Shown here: piece by piece, positions 1 through 13,700 of the stretch | Numbering within the stretch: the stretch's first letter is position 1 | Layout: each line of letters opens with the position of its first letter | From: Azolla caroliniana | Lineage: Eukaryota > Plantae > Polypodiophyta | DNA: 64,000 nucleotides | Direction: 5' to 3' | Assembly: GCA_043228905.1 (NCBI GenBank) | Contig: JBHGNT010000010.1 | Span: forward strand, 1-64,000 | Program-made: the position numbers and the translations under genes | The notes under the pieces: model-generated | Databases searched by the model: none | Told to the model about the DNA's origin: nothing | The model's input: only the letters and a program-made list of their open reading frames with translations

Positions 1-2841
1 AAACCCTAAACCCTAAACCCTAAACCCTAAACCCTAAACCCTAAACCCTAAACCCTAAACCCTAAACCCTAAACCCTAAACCCTAAACCCTAAACCCTAA
101 ACCCTAAACCCTAAACCCTAAACCCTAAACCCTAAACCCTAAACCCTAAACCCTAAACCCTAAACCCTAAACCCTAAACCCTAAACCCTAAACCCTAAAC
201 CCTAAACCCTAAACCCTAAACCCTAAACCCTAAACCCTAAACCCTAAACCCTAAACCCTAAACCCTAAACCCTAAACCCTAAACCCTAAACCCTAAACCC
301 TAAACCCTAAACCCTAAACCCTAAACCCTAAACCCTAAACCCTAAACCCTAAACCCTAAACCCTAAACCCTAAACCCTAAACCCTAAACCCTAAACCCTA
401 AACCCTAAACCCTAAACCCTAAACCCTAAACCCTAAACCCTAAACCCTAAACCCTAAACCCTAAACCCTAAACCCTAAACCCTAAACCCTAAACCCTAAA
501 CCCTAAACCCTAAACCCTAAACCCTAAACCCTAAACCCTAAACCCTAAACCCTAAACCCTAAACCCTAAACCCTAAACCCTAAACCCTAAACCCTAAACC
601 CTAAACCCTAAACCCTAAACCCTAAACCCTAAACCCTAAACCCTAAACCCTAAACCCTAAACCCTAAACCCTAAACCCTAAACCCTAAACCCTAAACCCT
701 AAACCCTAAACCCTAAACCCTAAACCCTAAACCCTAAACCCTAAACCCTAAACCCTAAACCCTAAACCCTAAACCCTAAACCCTAAACCCTAAACCCTAA
801 ACCCTAAACCCTAAACCCTAAACCCTAAACCCTAAACCCTAAACCCTAAACCCTAAACCCTAAACCCTAAACCCTAAACCCTAAACCCTAAACCCTAAAC
901 CCTAAACCCTAAACCCTAAACCCTAAACCCTAAACCCTAAACCCTAAACCCTAAACCCTAAACCCTAAACCCTAAACCCTAAACCCTAAACCCTAAACCC
1001 TAAACCCTAAACCCTAAACCCTAAACCCTAAACCCTAAACCCTAAACCCTAAACCCTAAACCCTAAACCCTAAACCCTAAACCCTAAACCCTAAACCCTA
1101 AACCCTAAACCCTAAACCCTAAACCCTAAACCCTAAACCCTAAACCCTAAACCCTAAACCCTAAACCCTAAACCCTAAACCCTAAACCCTAAACCCTAAA
1201 CCCTAAACCCTAAACCCTAAACCCTAAACCCTAAACCCTAAACCCTAAACCCTAAACCCTAAACCCTAAACCCTAAACCCTAAACCCTAAACCCTAAACC
1301 CTAAACCCTAAACCCTAAACCCTAAACCCTAAACCCTAAACCCTAAACCCTAAACCCTAAACCCTAAACCCTAAACCCTAAACCCTAAACCCTAAACCCT
1401 AAACCCTAAACCCTAAACCCTAAACCCTAAACCCTAAACCCTAAACCCTAAACCCTAAACCCTAAACCCTAAACCCTAAACCCTAAACCCTAAACCCTAA
1501 ACCCTAAACCCTAAACCCTAAACCCTAAACCCTAAACCCTAAACCCTAAACCCTAAACCCTAAACCCTAAACCCTAAACCCTAAACCCTAAACCCTAAAC
1601 CCTAAACCCTAAACCCTAAACCCTAAACCCTAAACCCTAAACCCTAAACCCTAAACCCTAAACCCTAAACCCTAAACCCTAAACCCTAAACCCTAAACCC
1701 TAAACCCTAAACCCTAAACCCTAAACCCTAAACCCTAAACCCTAAACCCTAAACCCTAAACCCTAAACCCTAAACCCTAAACCCTAAACCCTAAACCCTA
1801 AACCCTAAACCCTAAACCCTAAACCCTAAACCCTAAACCCTAAACCCTAAACCCTAAACCCTAAACCCTAAACCCTAAACCCTAAACCCTAAACCCTAAA
1901 CCCTAAACCCTAAACCCTAAACCCTAAACCCTAAACCCTAAACCCTAAACCCTAAACCCTAAACCCTAAACCCTAAACCCTAAACCCTAAACCCTAAACC
2001 CTAAACCCTAAACCCTAAACCCTAAACCCTAAACCCTAAACCCTAAACCCTAAACCCTAAACCCTAAACCCTAAACCCTAAACCCTAAACCCTAAACCCT
2101 AAACCCTAAACCCTAAACCCTAAACCCTAAACCCTAAACCCTAAACCCTAAACCCTAAACCCTAAACCCTAAACCCTAAACCCTAAACCCTAAACCCTAA
2201 ACCCTAAACCCTAAACCCTAAACCCTAAACCCTAAACCCTAAACCCTAAACCCTAAACCCTAAACCCTAAACCCTAAACCCTAAACCCTAAACCCTAAAC
2301 CCTAAACCCTAAACCCTAAACCCTAAACCCTAAACCCTAAACCCTAAACCCTAAACCCTAAACCCTAAACCCTAAACCCTAAACCCTAAACCCTAAACCC
2401 TAAACCCTAAACCCTAAACCCTAAACCCTAAACCCTAAACCCTAAACCCTAAACCCTAAACCCTAAACCCTAAACCCTAAACCCTAAACCCTAAACCCTA
2501 AACCCTAAACCCTAAACCCTAAACCCTAAACCCTAAACCCTAAACCCTAAACCCTAAACCCTAAACCCTAAACCCTAAACCCTAAACCCTAAACCCTAAA
2601 CCCTAAACCCTAAACCCTAAACCCTAAACCCTAAACCCTAAACCCTAAACCCTAAACCCTAAACCCTAAACCCTAAACCCTAAACCCTAAACCCTAAACC
2701 CTAAACCCTAAACCCTAAACCCTAAACCCTAAACCCTAAACCCTAAACCCTAAACCCTAAACCCTAAACCCTAAACCCTAAACCCTAAACCCTAAACCCT
2801 AAACCCTAAACCCTAAACCCTAAACCCTAAACCCTAAACCC
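1..2841 (-). repeat. Telomeric repeat tract, (TTTAGGG)n on the minus strand, about 406 copies
   Basis: Uninterrupted AAACCCT heptamer from base 1. The line pattern recurs every 420 bp with no phase shift and no variant units seen. A C-rich strand at the 5' end is the orientation expected for a left chromosome end. Confidence 0.99.
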
Positions 2842-3374
2842 ATGTTTGAACACAGAAATCCGATATCACACGAGCCAGGTATGAACAGTTTAATTTACTC
2901 AAGGGCTCCTCCCAACTCCCTCCTCAAGTTTGCTATTTTCGTCATGTCTCTCGGCCTGAGTTTCAAAATCTTGATTTTTTAATTCCATATCATAGGTAGC
3001 GTTGTTAGCTTCGATTAGCATGTTTGAACACAAAAATCCGATATCACACGAGCCAGGTATGAACATTTTAATTTACTCAAGGGCTGTTCTCAACTCCCTC
3101 CTCAAGTTTGCTATTTTCGTCATGTCTCTCGACCTGAGTTTCAAAATATTGATTTTTTAATTCCATATCAGAGGTAGCGTTGTTAGCTTCGATTTGCATG
3201 TATGAACACAAAAATCCGATATCACACGAGCCAGGTATGAACAGTTTAATTTACTCAAGGGCTCCTCCCAACTCCCTCCTCAAGTTTGCTATTTTCGTCA
3301 TGTCTCTCGACCTGAGTTTCAAAATCTTGATTTTTTAATTCCATATCATAGCTAGCGTTGTTAGCTTCGATTCA

Positions 3375-6300
3375 CATGTTTGAACACAAAACTCCGATAT
3401 CACACGAATCAGGTATGAACAGTTTAATTTACTCCAGGCCTCCTCTCAACTCCCTCCTAAAGTTTGCTATTTTCGTCATGTCTCTCGACCTGAGTTTCAA
3501 AATCTTGATTTTTTAATTCCATATCATAGCTAGCGTTGTTAGCTTCGATTCGCATGTTTGCACACAAAAATCCGATATCACACGAAGCAGGTATGAACAG
3601 TTTAATTTACTCAAGGGCTCCTCCCAACTCCCTCCTCAAGTTTGCTATTTTCGTCATGTCTCTCGACCTGAGTTTCAAAATCTTGATTTTTTAATTCCAT
3701 ATCATAGCTAGCGTTGTTAGCTTCGATTGGGATGTTTGCACACAAAAATCCGATATCACACGAGCCAGGTATGAACAGTTTAATTTACTCAAGGGCTCCT
3801 CCCAACTCCCTCCTCAAGTTTGCTATTTTCGTCATGTCTCTCCATATCATAGCTAGGGTTGTTATCTTCGATTCGCATGTTTGAACACAAAAATCCGATA
3901 TCACACGAGCCAGGTATGAATATTTAAATTTACCTACTAGCTATTCTCAACTCACTCCTCAAATTTGGTAATTAAGTCATGTCTCTCGACCTGAGTTTCA
4001 AAATCTTGATTTTTTAATACCATATCATAGCTAGCATTGTTATCTTCGATTCGCATGTTTGAACACAAGAATCCGATATCACACGAGCCAGGTATGAACA
4101 TTTAAATTTACCTACTAGCTCTTCTCAACTCACTCCTCAAATTTGGTAATTTCGTCATATCTCTCGACTTGACTTTAAAAATCTTGATTTTTAAATTCCA
4201 TATCATAGCTAGCGTTGTTAGCTTCGATTTGCATGTTTGAGTACAGAAATCCGATATCACACGAGCCAGGTATGAACATTTTAATTTACTCAAGGGCTCC
4301 TCTCAACTCCCTCCTCAAGTTTGCTATTTTCGTCATATCTCTCGACCTGACTTTCAAAATCTTGATTTTTAAATTCCATATCATAGCTAGCGTTGTTAGC
4401 TTCGATTTGCATGTTTGAGTACAGAAATCCGATATCACACGAGCCAGGTATGAACATTTTAATTTACTCAAGGGCTCCTCTCAACTCCCTCCTCAAGTTT
4501 GCTATTTTCGTCATGTCTCTCGACCTGAGTTTCAAAATCTTGATTTTTTAATTTCATATCATAGCTAGCGTTGTTAGCTTCGATTCGCATGTTTGAACAC
4601 AAGAATCCGATATCACACGAGCCAGGTATGAACATTTTAATTTACCTACTAGCTCTTCTCAACTCACTCCTCAAATTTGGTAATTTTGTCAAATCTCTCG
4701 ACCTGAGTTTCAAAATCTTGATTTTTTAATTCCATATAATAGCTAGCGTCGTTAGCTTCGATTTGCATATTTGAACACAGATATCCAATATCACACGAGC
4801 CAGGTATGAACATTTTAATTTACTCAAGGGCTCCTCTCAACTCCCTCCTCAAGTTTGCTATTTTCGTCATGTCTCTCGACCTGAATTTCAAAATCTTGAT
4901 TTTTTAATTCCATATCATAGCTAGCGTTGTTAGCTTCGATTCGCATGTTTAAACACAAAACTCCGATACCACACGAGCCAGGTATGAACAGTTTAATTTA
5001 CTCCAGGCCTCCTCTCAACTCCCTCCTAAAGTTTGCTATTTTCGTCATGTCTCTCGACCTGAGTTTCAAAATCTTGATTTTTTAATTCCATATCATAGGT
5101 AGCGTTGTTAGCTTCGATTCGCATGTTTGCACACAAAAATCCGATATCACACGAGCCAGGTATGAACAGTTTAATTTACTCAAGGGCTCCTCCCAACTCC
5201 CTCCTCAAGTTTGCTATTTTCGTCATGTCTCTCGACCTGAGTTTCAAAATCTTGATTTTTTAATTCCATATCATAGCTAGCGTTGTTAGCTTCGATTCGC
5301 ATGTTTGAACACAAAACTCCGATATCACACGAATCAGGTATGAACAGTTTAATTTACTCCAGGCCTCCTCTCAACTCCCTCCTAAAGTTTGCTATTTTCG
5401 TCATGTCTCTCGACCTGAGTTTCAAAATCTTGATTTTTTAATTCCATATCATAGCTAGCGTTGTTAGCTTCGATTCGCATGTTTGCACACAAAAATCCGA
5501 TATCACACGAAGCAGGTATGAACAGTTTAATTTACTCAAGGGCTCCTCCCAACTCCCTCCTCAAGTTTGCTATTTTCGTCATGTCTCTCGACCTGAGTTT
5601 CAAAATCTTGATTTTTTAATTCCATATCATAGCTAGCGTTGTTAGCTTCGATTGGGATGTTTGCACACAAAAATCCGATATCACACGAGCCAGGTATGAA
5701 CAGTTTAATTTACTCAAGGGCTCCTCCCAACTCCCTCCTCAAGTTTGCTATTTTCGTCATGTCTCTCCATATCATAGCTAGGGTTGTTATCTTCGATTCG
5801 CATGTTTGAACACAAAAATCCGATATCACACGAGCCAGGTATGAATATTTAAATTTACCTACTAGCTATTCTCAACTCACTCCTCAAATTTGGTAATTAA
5901 GTCATGTCTCTCGACCTGAGTTTCAAAATCTTGATTTTTTAATACCATATCATAGCTAGCATTGTTATCTTCGATTCGCATGTTTGAACACAAGAATCCG
6001 ATATCACACGAGCCAGGTATGAACATTTAAATTTACCTACTAGCTCTTCTCAACTCACTCCTCAAATTTGGTAATTTCGTCATATCTCTCGACTTGACTT
6101 TCAAAATCTTGATTTTTAAATTCCATATCATAGCTAGCGTTGTTAGCTTCGATTTGCATGTTTGAGTACAGAAATCCGATATCACACGAGCCAGGTATGA
6201 ACATTTTAATTTACTCAAGGGCTCCTCTCAACTCCCTCCTCAAGTTTGCTATTTTCGTCATATCTCTCGACCTGACTTTCAAAATCTTGATTTTTAAATT

Positions 6301-7224
6301 CCATATCATAGCTAGCGTTGTTAGCTTCGATTTGCATGTTTGAGTACAGAAATCCGATATCACACGAGCCAGGTATGAACATTTTAATTTACTCAAGGGC
6401 TCCTCTCAACTCCCTCCTCAAGTTTGCTATTTTCGTCATGTCTCTCGACCTGAGTTTCAAAATCTTGATTTTTTAATTTCATATCATAGCTAGCGTTGTT
6501 AGCTTCGATTCGCATGTTTGAACACAAGAATCCGATATCACACGAGCCAGGTATGAACATTTTAATTTACCTACTAGCTCTTCTCAACTCACTCCTCAAA
6601 TTTGGTAATTTTGTCAAATCTCTCGACCTGAGTTTCAAAATCTTGATTTTTTAATTCCATATAATAGCTAGCGTCGTTAGCTTCGATTTGCATATTTGAA
6701 CACAGATATCCAATATCACACGAGCCAGGTATGAACATTTTAATTTACTCAAGGGCTCCTCTCAACTCCCTCCTCAAGTTTGCTATTTTCGTCATGTCTC
6801 TCGACCTGAATTTCAAAATCTTGATTTTTTAATTCCATATCATAGCTAGCGTTGTTAGCTTCGATTCGCATGTTTAAACACAAAACTCCGATACCACACG
6901 AGCCAGGTATGAACAGTTTAATTTACTCCAGGCCTCCTCTCAACTCCCTCCTAAAGTTTGCTATTTTCGTCATGTCTCTCGACCTGAGTTTCAAAATCTT
7001 GATTTTTTAATTCCATATCATAGGTAGCGTTGTTAGCTTCGATTCGCATGTTTGCACACAAAAATCCGATATCACACGAGCCAGGTATGAACAGTTTAAT
7101 TTACTCAAGGGCTCCTCCCAACTCCCTCCTCAAGTTTGCTATTTTCGTCATGTCTCTCGACCTGAGTTTCAAAATCTTGATTTTTTAATTCCATATCATA
7201 GCTAGCGTTGTTAGCTTCGATTCG
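3375..7224. repeat. Higher-order repeat: two tandem copies of an 11-monomer unit (1925 bp) including a 145-bp deleted monomer
   Basis: ORF pairs 4108/6033 and 4215/6140 are offset by 1925 = 11x178-33. Shared markers include GATTGGGATG, CACGAAGCAG and the 33-bp deletion (about 3841 and 5766). The left edge is approximate. Confidence 0.92.
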
Positions 7225-7759
7225 CATGTTTGAACACAAAAATCCGATATCACACGACCCAGGTATGAACAGTTTAATTTACTCAAGGGCTCCTCCCAAC
7301 TCCCTCCTCAAGTTTGCTATTTTCGTCATGTCTTTCGACCTGAGTTTCAAAATCTTGATTTTTTAATTCCATATCATAGCTAGCGTTGTTAGCTTCGATA
7401 CGCATGTTTGAACACAAAAATCCGATATCACACGAGCCAGGTATGAACAGTTTAATTTACTCAAGGGCTCCTCCCAACTCCCTCCTCAAGTTTGCTATTT
7501 TCGTCATGTCTCTCGACCTGAGTTTCAGAATCTTGATTTTTTAATTCCATGTCATAGCTAGCGTTGTTAGCTTCGATTCGCATGTTTGAACACAAAAATC
7601 CGATATCACACGAGCCAGGTATGAACATTTTAATTTACCTACTAGCTCTTCTCAATTCCCTCCTCAAATTTGAAAATTTCGTCATATCTCTCGACCTGAG
7701 TTTTTAAAATCTTGATTTTTTAATTCCATATCATAGCTAGCGTTGTTAGCTTCGATTCG

Positions 7760-10700
7760 CATGTTTGAACACAAAAATCCGATATCACACGAGCCAGGTA
7801 TGAACAGTTTAATTTACTCAAGGGCTCCTCCCAACTCCCTCCTCAAGTTTGCTATTTTCGTCATGTCTCTCGACCTGAGTTTCAAAATCTTGATTTTTTA
7901 ATTCCATATCATAGCTAGCGTTGTTAGCTTCGATACGCATGTTTGAACACAAAAATCCGATATCACACGAGCCAGGTATGAACATTTTAATTTACCTACT
8001 AGCTCTTGTCAACTCACTCCTCGAATTTGGTAATTTCGTCATATCTCTCGACCTGAGTTTCAAAATCTTGATTTTTTAATTCCATATCATAGCTAGCGTT
8101 GTTAGCTTCGATTCGCATTTTGAACACAAAAATCCGATATCACACGAGCCAGGTATGAACATTTAAATTTACCTACTAGCTCTTCTCAACTCACTCCTCA
8201 AATTTGGTAATTTCGTCATATCTCTCGACCTGAGTTTCAAAATCTTGATTTTTTAATTCCATATCATAGCTAGCGTTGTTAGCTTCGATTCGCATGTTTG
8301 AACACAAAAATCCGATACCACACGAGCCAGGTATGAACAGTTTAATTTACTCCAGGCCTCCTCTCAACTCCCTCCTAAAGTTTGCTATTTTCGTCATGAT
8401 TCTCGACCTGAGTTTCAAAATCTTGATTTTTTAATTCCATATCATAGGTAGCGTTGTTAGCTTCGATTCGCATGTTTGCACACAAAAATCCGATATCACA
8501 CGAGCCAGGTATGAACAGTTTAATTTACTCAAGGGCTCCTCCCAACTCCCTCCTCAAGTTTGCTATTTTCGTCATGTCTCTCGACCTGAGTTTCAAAATC
8601 TTGATTTTTTAATTCCATATCATAGCTAGCGTAGTTAGCTTCGATTCGCATGTTTGAACACAAAAATCCGATATCACACGAGCCAGGTATGAACATTTAA
8701 ATTTACCTACTAGCTCTTCTCAACTCACTCCTAAAATTTGGTAATTTCGTCATATCTCTCGACCTGAGTTTCAAAATCTTGATTTTTTAATTCCATATCA
8801 TAGCTAGCGTTGTTAGCTTCGATTCGCATGTTTAAACACAAAACTCAGATACCACACGAGCCAGGTATGAACAGTTTAATTTACTCCAGGCCTCCTCTCA
8901 ACTCCCTCCTAAAGTTTGCTATTTTCGTCATGTCTCTCGACCTGAGTTTCAAAATCTTGATTTTTTAATTCCATATCATAGGTAGCGATGTTAGCTTCGA
9001 TTCCCATGTTTGCACACAAAAATCCGATATCACACGAGCCAGGTATGAACAGTTTAATTTACTCAAGGGCTCCTCCCAACTCCCTCCTCAAGTTTACTAT
9101 TTTCGTCATGTCTCTCGACCTGAGTTTCAAAATCTTGATTTTTTAATTCCATATCATAGGTAGCGTTGTTAGCTTCGATTAGCATGTTTGAACACAAAAA
9201 TCCGATACCACACGAGCCGGGTATGAACAGTTTAATTTACTCCAGGCCTCCTCTCAACTCCCTCCTAAAGTTTGCTATTTTCGTCATGTCTCTCGACCTG
9301 AGTTTCAAAATCTTGATTTTTTAATTCCATATCATAGCTAGCGTTGTTAGCTTCGATTCGCATGTTTGCACACAAAAATCCGATATCACACGAAGCAGGT
9401 ATGAACAGTTTAATTTACTCAAGGGCTCCTCCCAACTCCCTCCTCAAGTTTGCTATTTTCGTCATGTCTCTCGACCTGAGTTTCAAAATCTTGATTTTTT
9501 AATTCCATATCATAGGTAGCGTTGTTAAATTCGATTCGCATGTTTGCACACAAAAATCCGATATCACACGAGCCAGGTATGAACAGTTTAATTTACTCAA
9601 GGGCTCCTCCCAACTCCCTCCTCAAGTTTGCTATTTTCGTCATGTCTCTCCATATCATAGCTAGGGTTGTTAGCTTCGATTCGCATGTTTGAACACAAAA
9701 ATCCGATATCACACGAGCCAGGTATGAATATTTAAATTTACCTACTAGCTATTCTCAACTCACTCCTCAAATTTGGTAATTAAGTCATGTCTCTCGACCT
9801 GAGTTTCAAAATCTTGATTTTTTAATACCATATCATAGCTAGCATTGTTATCTTCGATTCGCATGTTTGAACACAAGAATCCGATATCACACGAGCCAGG
9901 TATGAACATTTAAATTTACCTACTAGCTCTTCTCAACTCACTCCTCAAATTTGGTAATTTCGTCATATCTCTCGACTTGACTTTCAAAATCTTGATTTTT
10001 AAATTCCATATCATAGCTAGCGTTGTTAGCTTCGATTTGCATGTTTGAGTACAGAAATCCGATATCACACGAGCCAGGTATGAACATTTTAATTTACTCA
10101 AGGGCTCCTCTCAACTCCCTCCTCAAGTTTGCTATTTTCGTCATATCTCTCGACCTGACTTTCAAAATCTTGATTTTTAAATTCCATATCATAGCTAGCG
10201 TTGTTAGCTTCGATTTGCATGTTTGAGTACAGAAATCCGATATCACACGAGCCAGGTATGAACATTTTAATTTACTCAAGGGCTCCTCTCAACTCCCTCC
10301 TCAAGTTTGCTATTTTCGTCATGTCTCTCGACCTGAGTTTCAAAATCTTGATTTTTTAATTTCATATCATAGCTAGCGTTGTTAGCTTCGATTCGCATGT
10401 TTGAACACAAGAATCCGATATCACACGAGCCAGGTATGAACATTTTAATTTACCTACTAGCTCTTCTCAACTCACTCCTCAAATTTGGTAATTTTGTCAA
10501 ATCTCTCGACCTGAGTTTCAAAATCTTGATTTTTTAATTCCATATAATAGCTAGCGTCGTTAGCTTCGATTTGCATATTTGAACACAGATATCCAATATC
10601 ACACGAGCCAGGTATGAACATTTTAATTTACTCAAGGGCTCCTCTCAACTCCCTCCTCAAGTTTGCTATTTTCGTCATGTCTCTCGACCTGAATTTTAAA

Positions 10701-13700
10701 ATCTTGATTTTTTAATTCCATATCATAGCTAGCGTTGTTAGCTTCGATTCGCATGTTTGAATACAAAAATCCGATATCACACGAGCCAGGTATGAACATT
10801 TTAATTTACTCAAGGCCTTCTCTCAACTCACTCCTCAAATTTGGTAATCTCATCATGTCTCTTGACCTGAGTTTGAAAATCTTGATTTTTTAATTCCATA
10901 TCATAGCTAGCGTTGTTAGCTTCGATTCGCATGTTTAAACACAAAACTCCGATACCACACGAGCCAGGTATGAACATTTTAATTTACCTACTAGCTCTTC
11001 TAACCTCACTCCTCAAATTTGGTAATTTCGTCATATCTCTTGACCTGAGTTTCAAAATCTTGATTTTTTAATTCCATATCATAGGTAGCGTTGTTAGCTT
11101 CGATTCGCATGTTTGCACACAAAAATCCGATATCACACGAGCCAGGTATGAACAGTTTAATTTACTCAAGGGCTCCTCCCAACTCCCTCCTCAAGTTTGC
11201 TATTTTCGTCATGTCTCTCGACCTGAGTTTCAAAATCTTGATTTTTTAATTCCATATCATAGCTAGCGTTGTTAGCTTCGATTCGCATGTTTGAACACAA
11301 AAATCCGATATCACACGACCCAGGTATGAACAGTTTAATTTACTCAAGGGCTCCTCCCAACTCCCTCCTCAAGTTTGCTATTTTCGTCATGTCTCTCGAC
11401 CTGAGTTTCAAAATCTTGATTTTTTAATTCCATATCATAGCTAGCGTTGTTAGCTTCGATACGCATGTTTGAACACAAAAATCCGATATCACACGAGCCA
11501 GGTATGAACATTTTAATTTACCTACTAGCTCTTCTCAACTCACTCCTCAAATTTGGTAATTTCGTCATATCTCTCGACCTGAGTTTCAAAATCTTGATTT
11601 TTTAATTCCATATCATAGCTAGCGTTGTTAGCTTCGATTCGCATGTTTGAACACAAGAATCCGATATCACACGAGCCAGGTATGAACATTTAAATTTACC
11701 TACTAGCTCTTCTCAACTCACTCCTAAAATTTGGTAATTTCGTCATATCTCTCGACCTGAGTTTCAAAATCTTGATTTTTTAATTCCATATCATAGCTAG
11801 CGTTGTTAGCTTCGATTCGCATGTTTAAACACAAAACTCCGATACCACACGAGCCAGGTATGAACAGTTTAATTTACTCCAGGCCTCCTCTCAACTCCCT
11901 CCTAAACTTTGCTATTTTCGTCATGTCTCTCGACCTGAGTTTCAAAATCTTGATTTTTTAATTCCATATCATAGGTAGCGTTGTTAGCTTCGATTCCCAT
12001 GTTTGCACACAAAAATCCGATATCACACGAGCCAGGTATGAACATTTAAATTTACCTACTAGCTCTTCTCAACTCACTCCTCAAATTTGGTAATTTCGTC
12101 ATATCTCTCGACCTGAGTTTCAAAATCTTGATTTTTTAATTCCATATCATAGCTAGCGTTGTTAGCTTCGATTCGCATGTTTGAACACAAAAATCCGATA
12201 TCACACGAGCCAGGTATGAACATTTAAATTTACCTACTAGCTATTCTCAACTCACTCCTTAAATTTGGTAATTAAGTCATATCTCTCGACCTGAGTTTCA
12301 AAATCTTGATTTTTTAATACCATATCATAGCTAGCATTGTTAGCTTCGATTCGCATGTTTGAACACAAGAATCCGATATCACACGAGCCAGGTATGAACA
12401 TTTAAATTTACCTACTAGCTCTTCTCAACTCACTCCTCAAATTTGGTAATTTCGTCATATCTCTCGACTTGACTTTCAAAATCTTGATTTTTAAATTCCA
12501 TATAATAGCTAGCGTTGTTAGCTTCGATTTGCATGTTTGAGTACAGTAATCCGATATCACACGAGCCAGGTATGAACATTTTAATTTACTCAAGGGCTCC
12601 TCTCAACTCCCTCCTCATGTTTGCTATTTTCGTCATGTCTCTCGACCTGAATTTCAAAATCTTGATTTTTTAATTCCATATCATAGCTAGCGTTGTTAGC
12701 TTCGATTCGCATGTTTAAACACAAAACTCCGATACCACACGAGCCAGGTATGAACAGTTTAATTTACTCCAGGCCTCCTCTCAACTCCCTCCTAAAGTTT
12801 GCTATTTTCGTCATGTCTCTCGACCTGAGTTTCAAAATCTTGATTTTTTAATTCCATATCATAGGTAGCGTTGTTAGCTTCGATTAGCATGTTTGAACAC
12901 AAAAATCCGATACCACACGAGCCGGGTATGAACAGTTTAATTTACTCCAGGCCTCCTCTCAACTCCCTCCTAAAGTTTGCTATTTTCGTCATATCTCTCG
13001 ACCTGAGTTTCAAAATCTTGATTTTTTAATTCCATATCATAGGTAGCGTTGTTAGCTTCGATTCGCATGTTTGCACACAAAAATCCGATATCACACGAGC
13101 CAGGTATGAACAGTTTAATTTACTCAAGGGCTCCTCCCAACTCCCTCCTCAAGTTTGCTATTTTCGTCATGTCTCTCGACCTGAGTTTCAAAATCTTGAT
13201 TTTTTAATTCCATATCATAGCTAGCGTTGTTAGCTTCGATTCGCATGTTTGAACACAAAAATCCGATATCACACGAGCCAGGTATGAACATTTAAATTTA
13301 CCTACTAGCTCTTCTCAACTCACTCCTAAAATTTGGTAATTTCGTCATATCTCTCGACCTGAGTTTCAAAATCTTGATTTTTTAATTCCATATCATAGCT
13401 AGCGTTGTTAGCTTCGATTCGCATGTTTGAACACAAAAATCCGATACCACACGAGCCAGGTATGAACAGTTTAATTTACTCCAGGGCTCCTCTCAACTCC
13501 CTCCTAAAGTTTGCTATTTTCGTCATGTCTCTCGACCTGAGTTTCAAAATCTTGATTTTTTAATTCCATATCATAGGTAGCGTTGTTAGCTTCGATTCGC
13601 ATGTTTGCACACAAAAATCCGATATCACACGAGCCAGGTATGAACAGTTTAATTTACTCAAGGGCTCCTCCCAACTCCCTCCTCAAGTTTGCTATTTTCG

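Noticed and set aside
1-2841. 2.8 kb as the true telomere length
   Set aside because: The tract begins at base 1 and assemblies truncate or average telomeres, so this is not a reliable length.
2841-3018. Identity with Arabidopsis thaliana CEN178, or derivation from 5S rRNA/tRNA
   Set aside because: Only the length is shared. I see no similarity to the CEN178 consensus as I recall it, no Pol III A/B/C boxes and no cloverleaf. A database search is needed to name the family.
3008-3030. CENP-B box-like motif at CTTCG
   Set aside because: TTCG is present but the required downstream CGGG is not.
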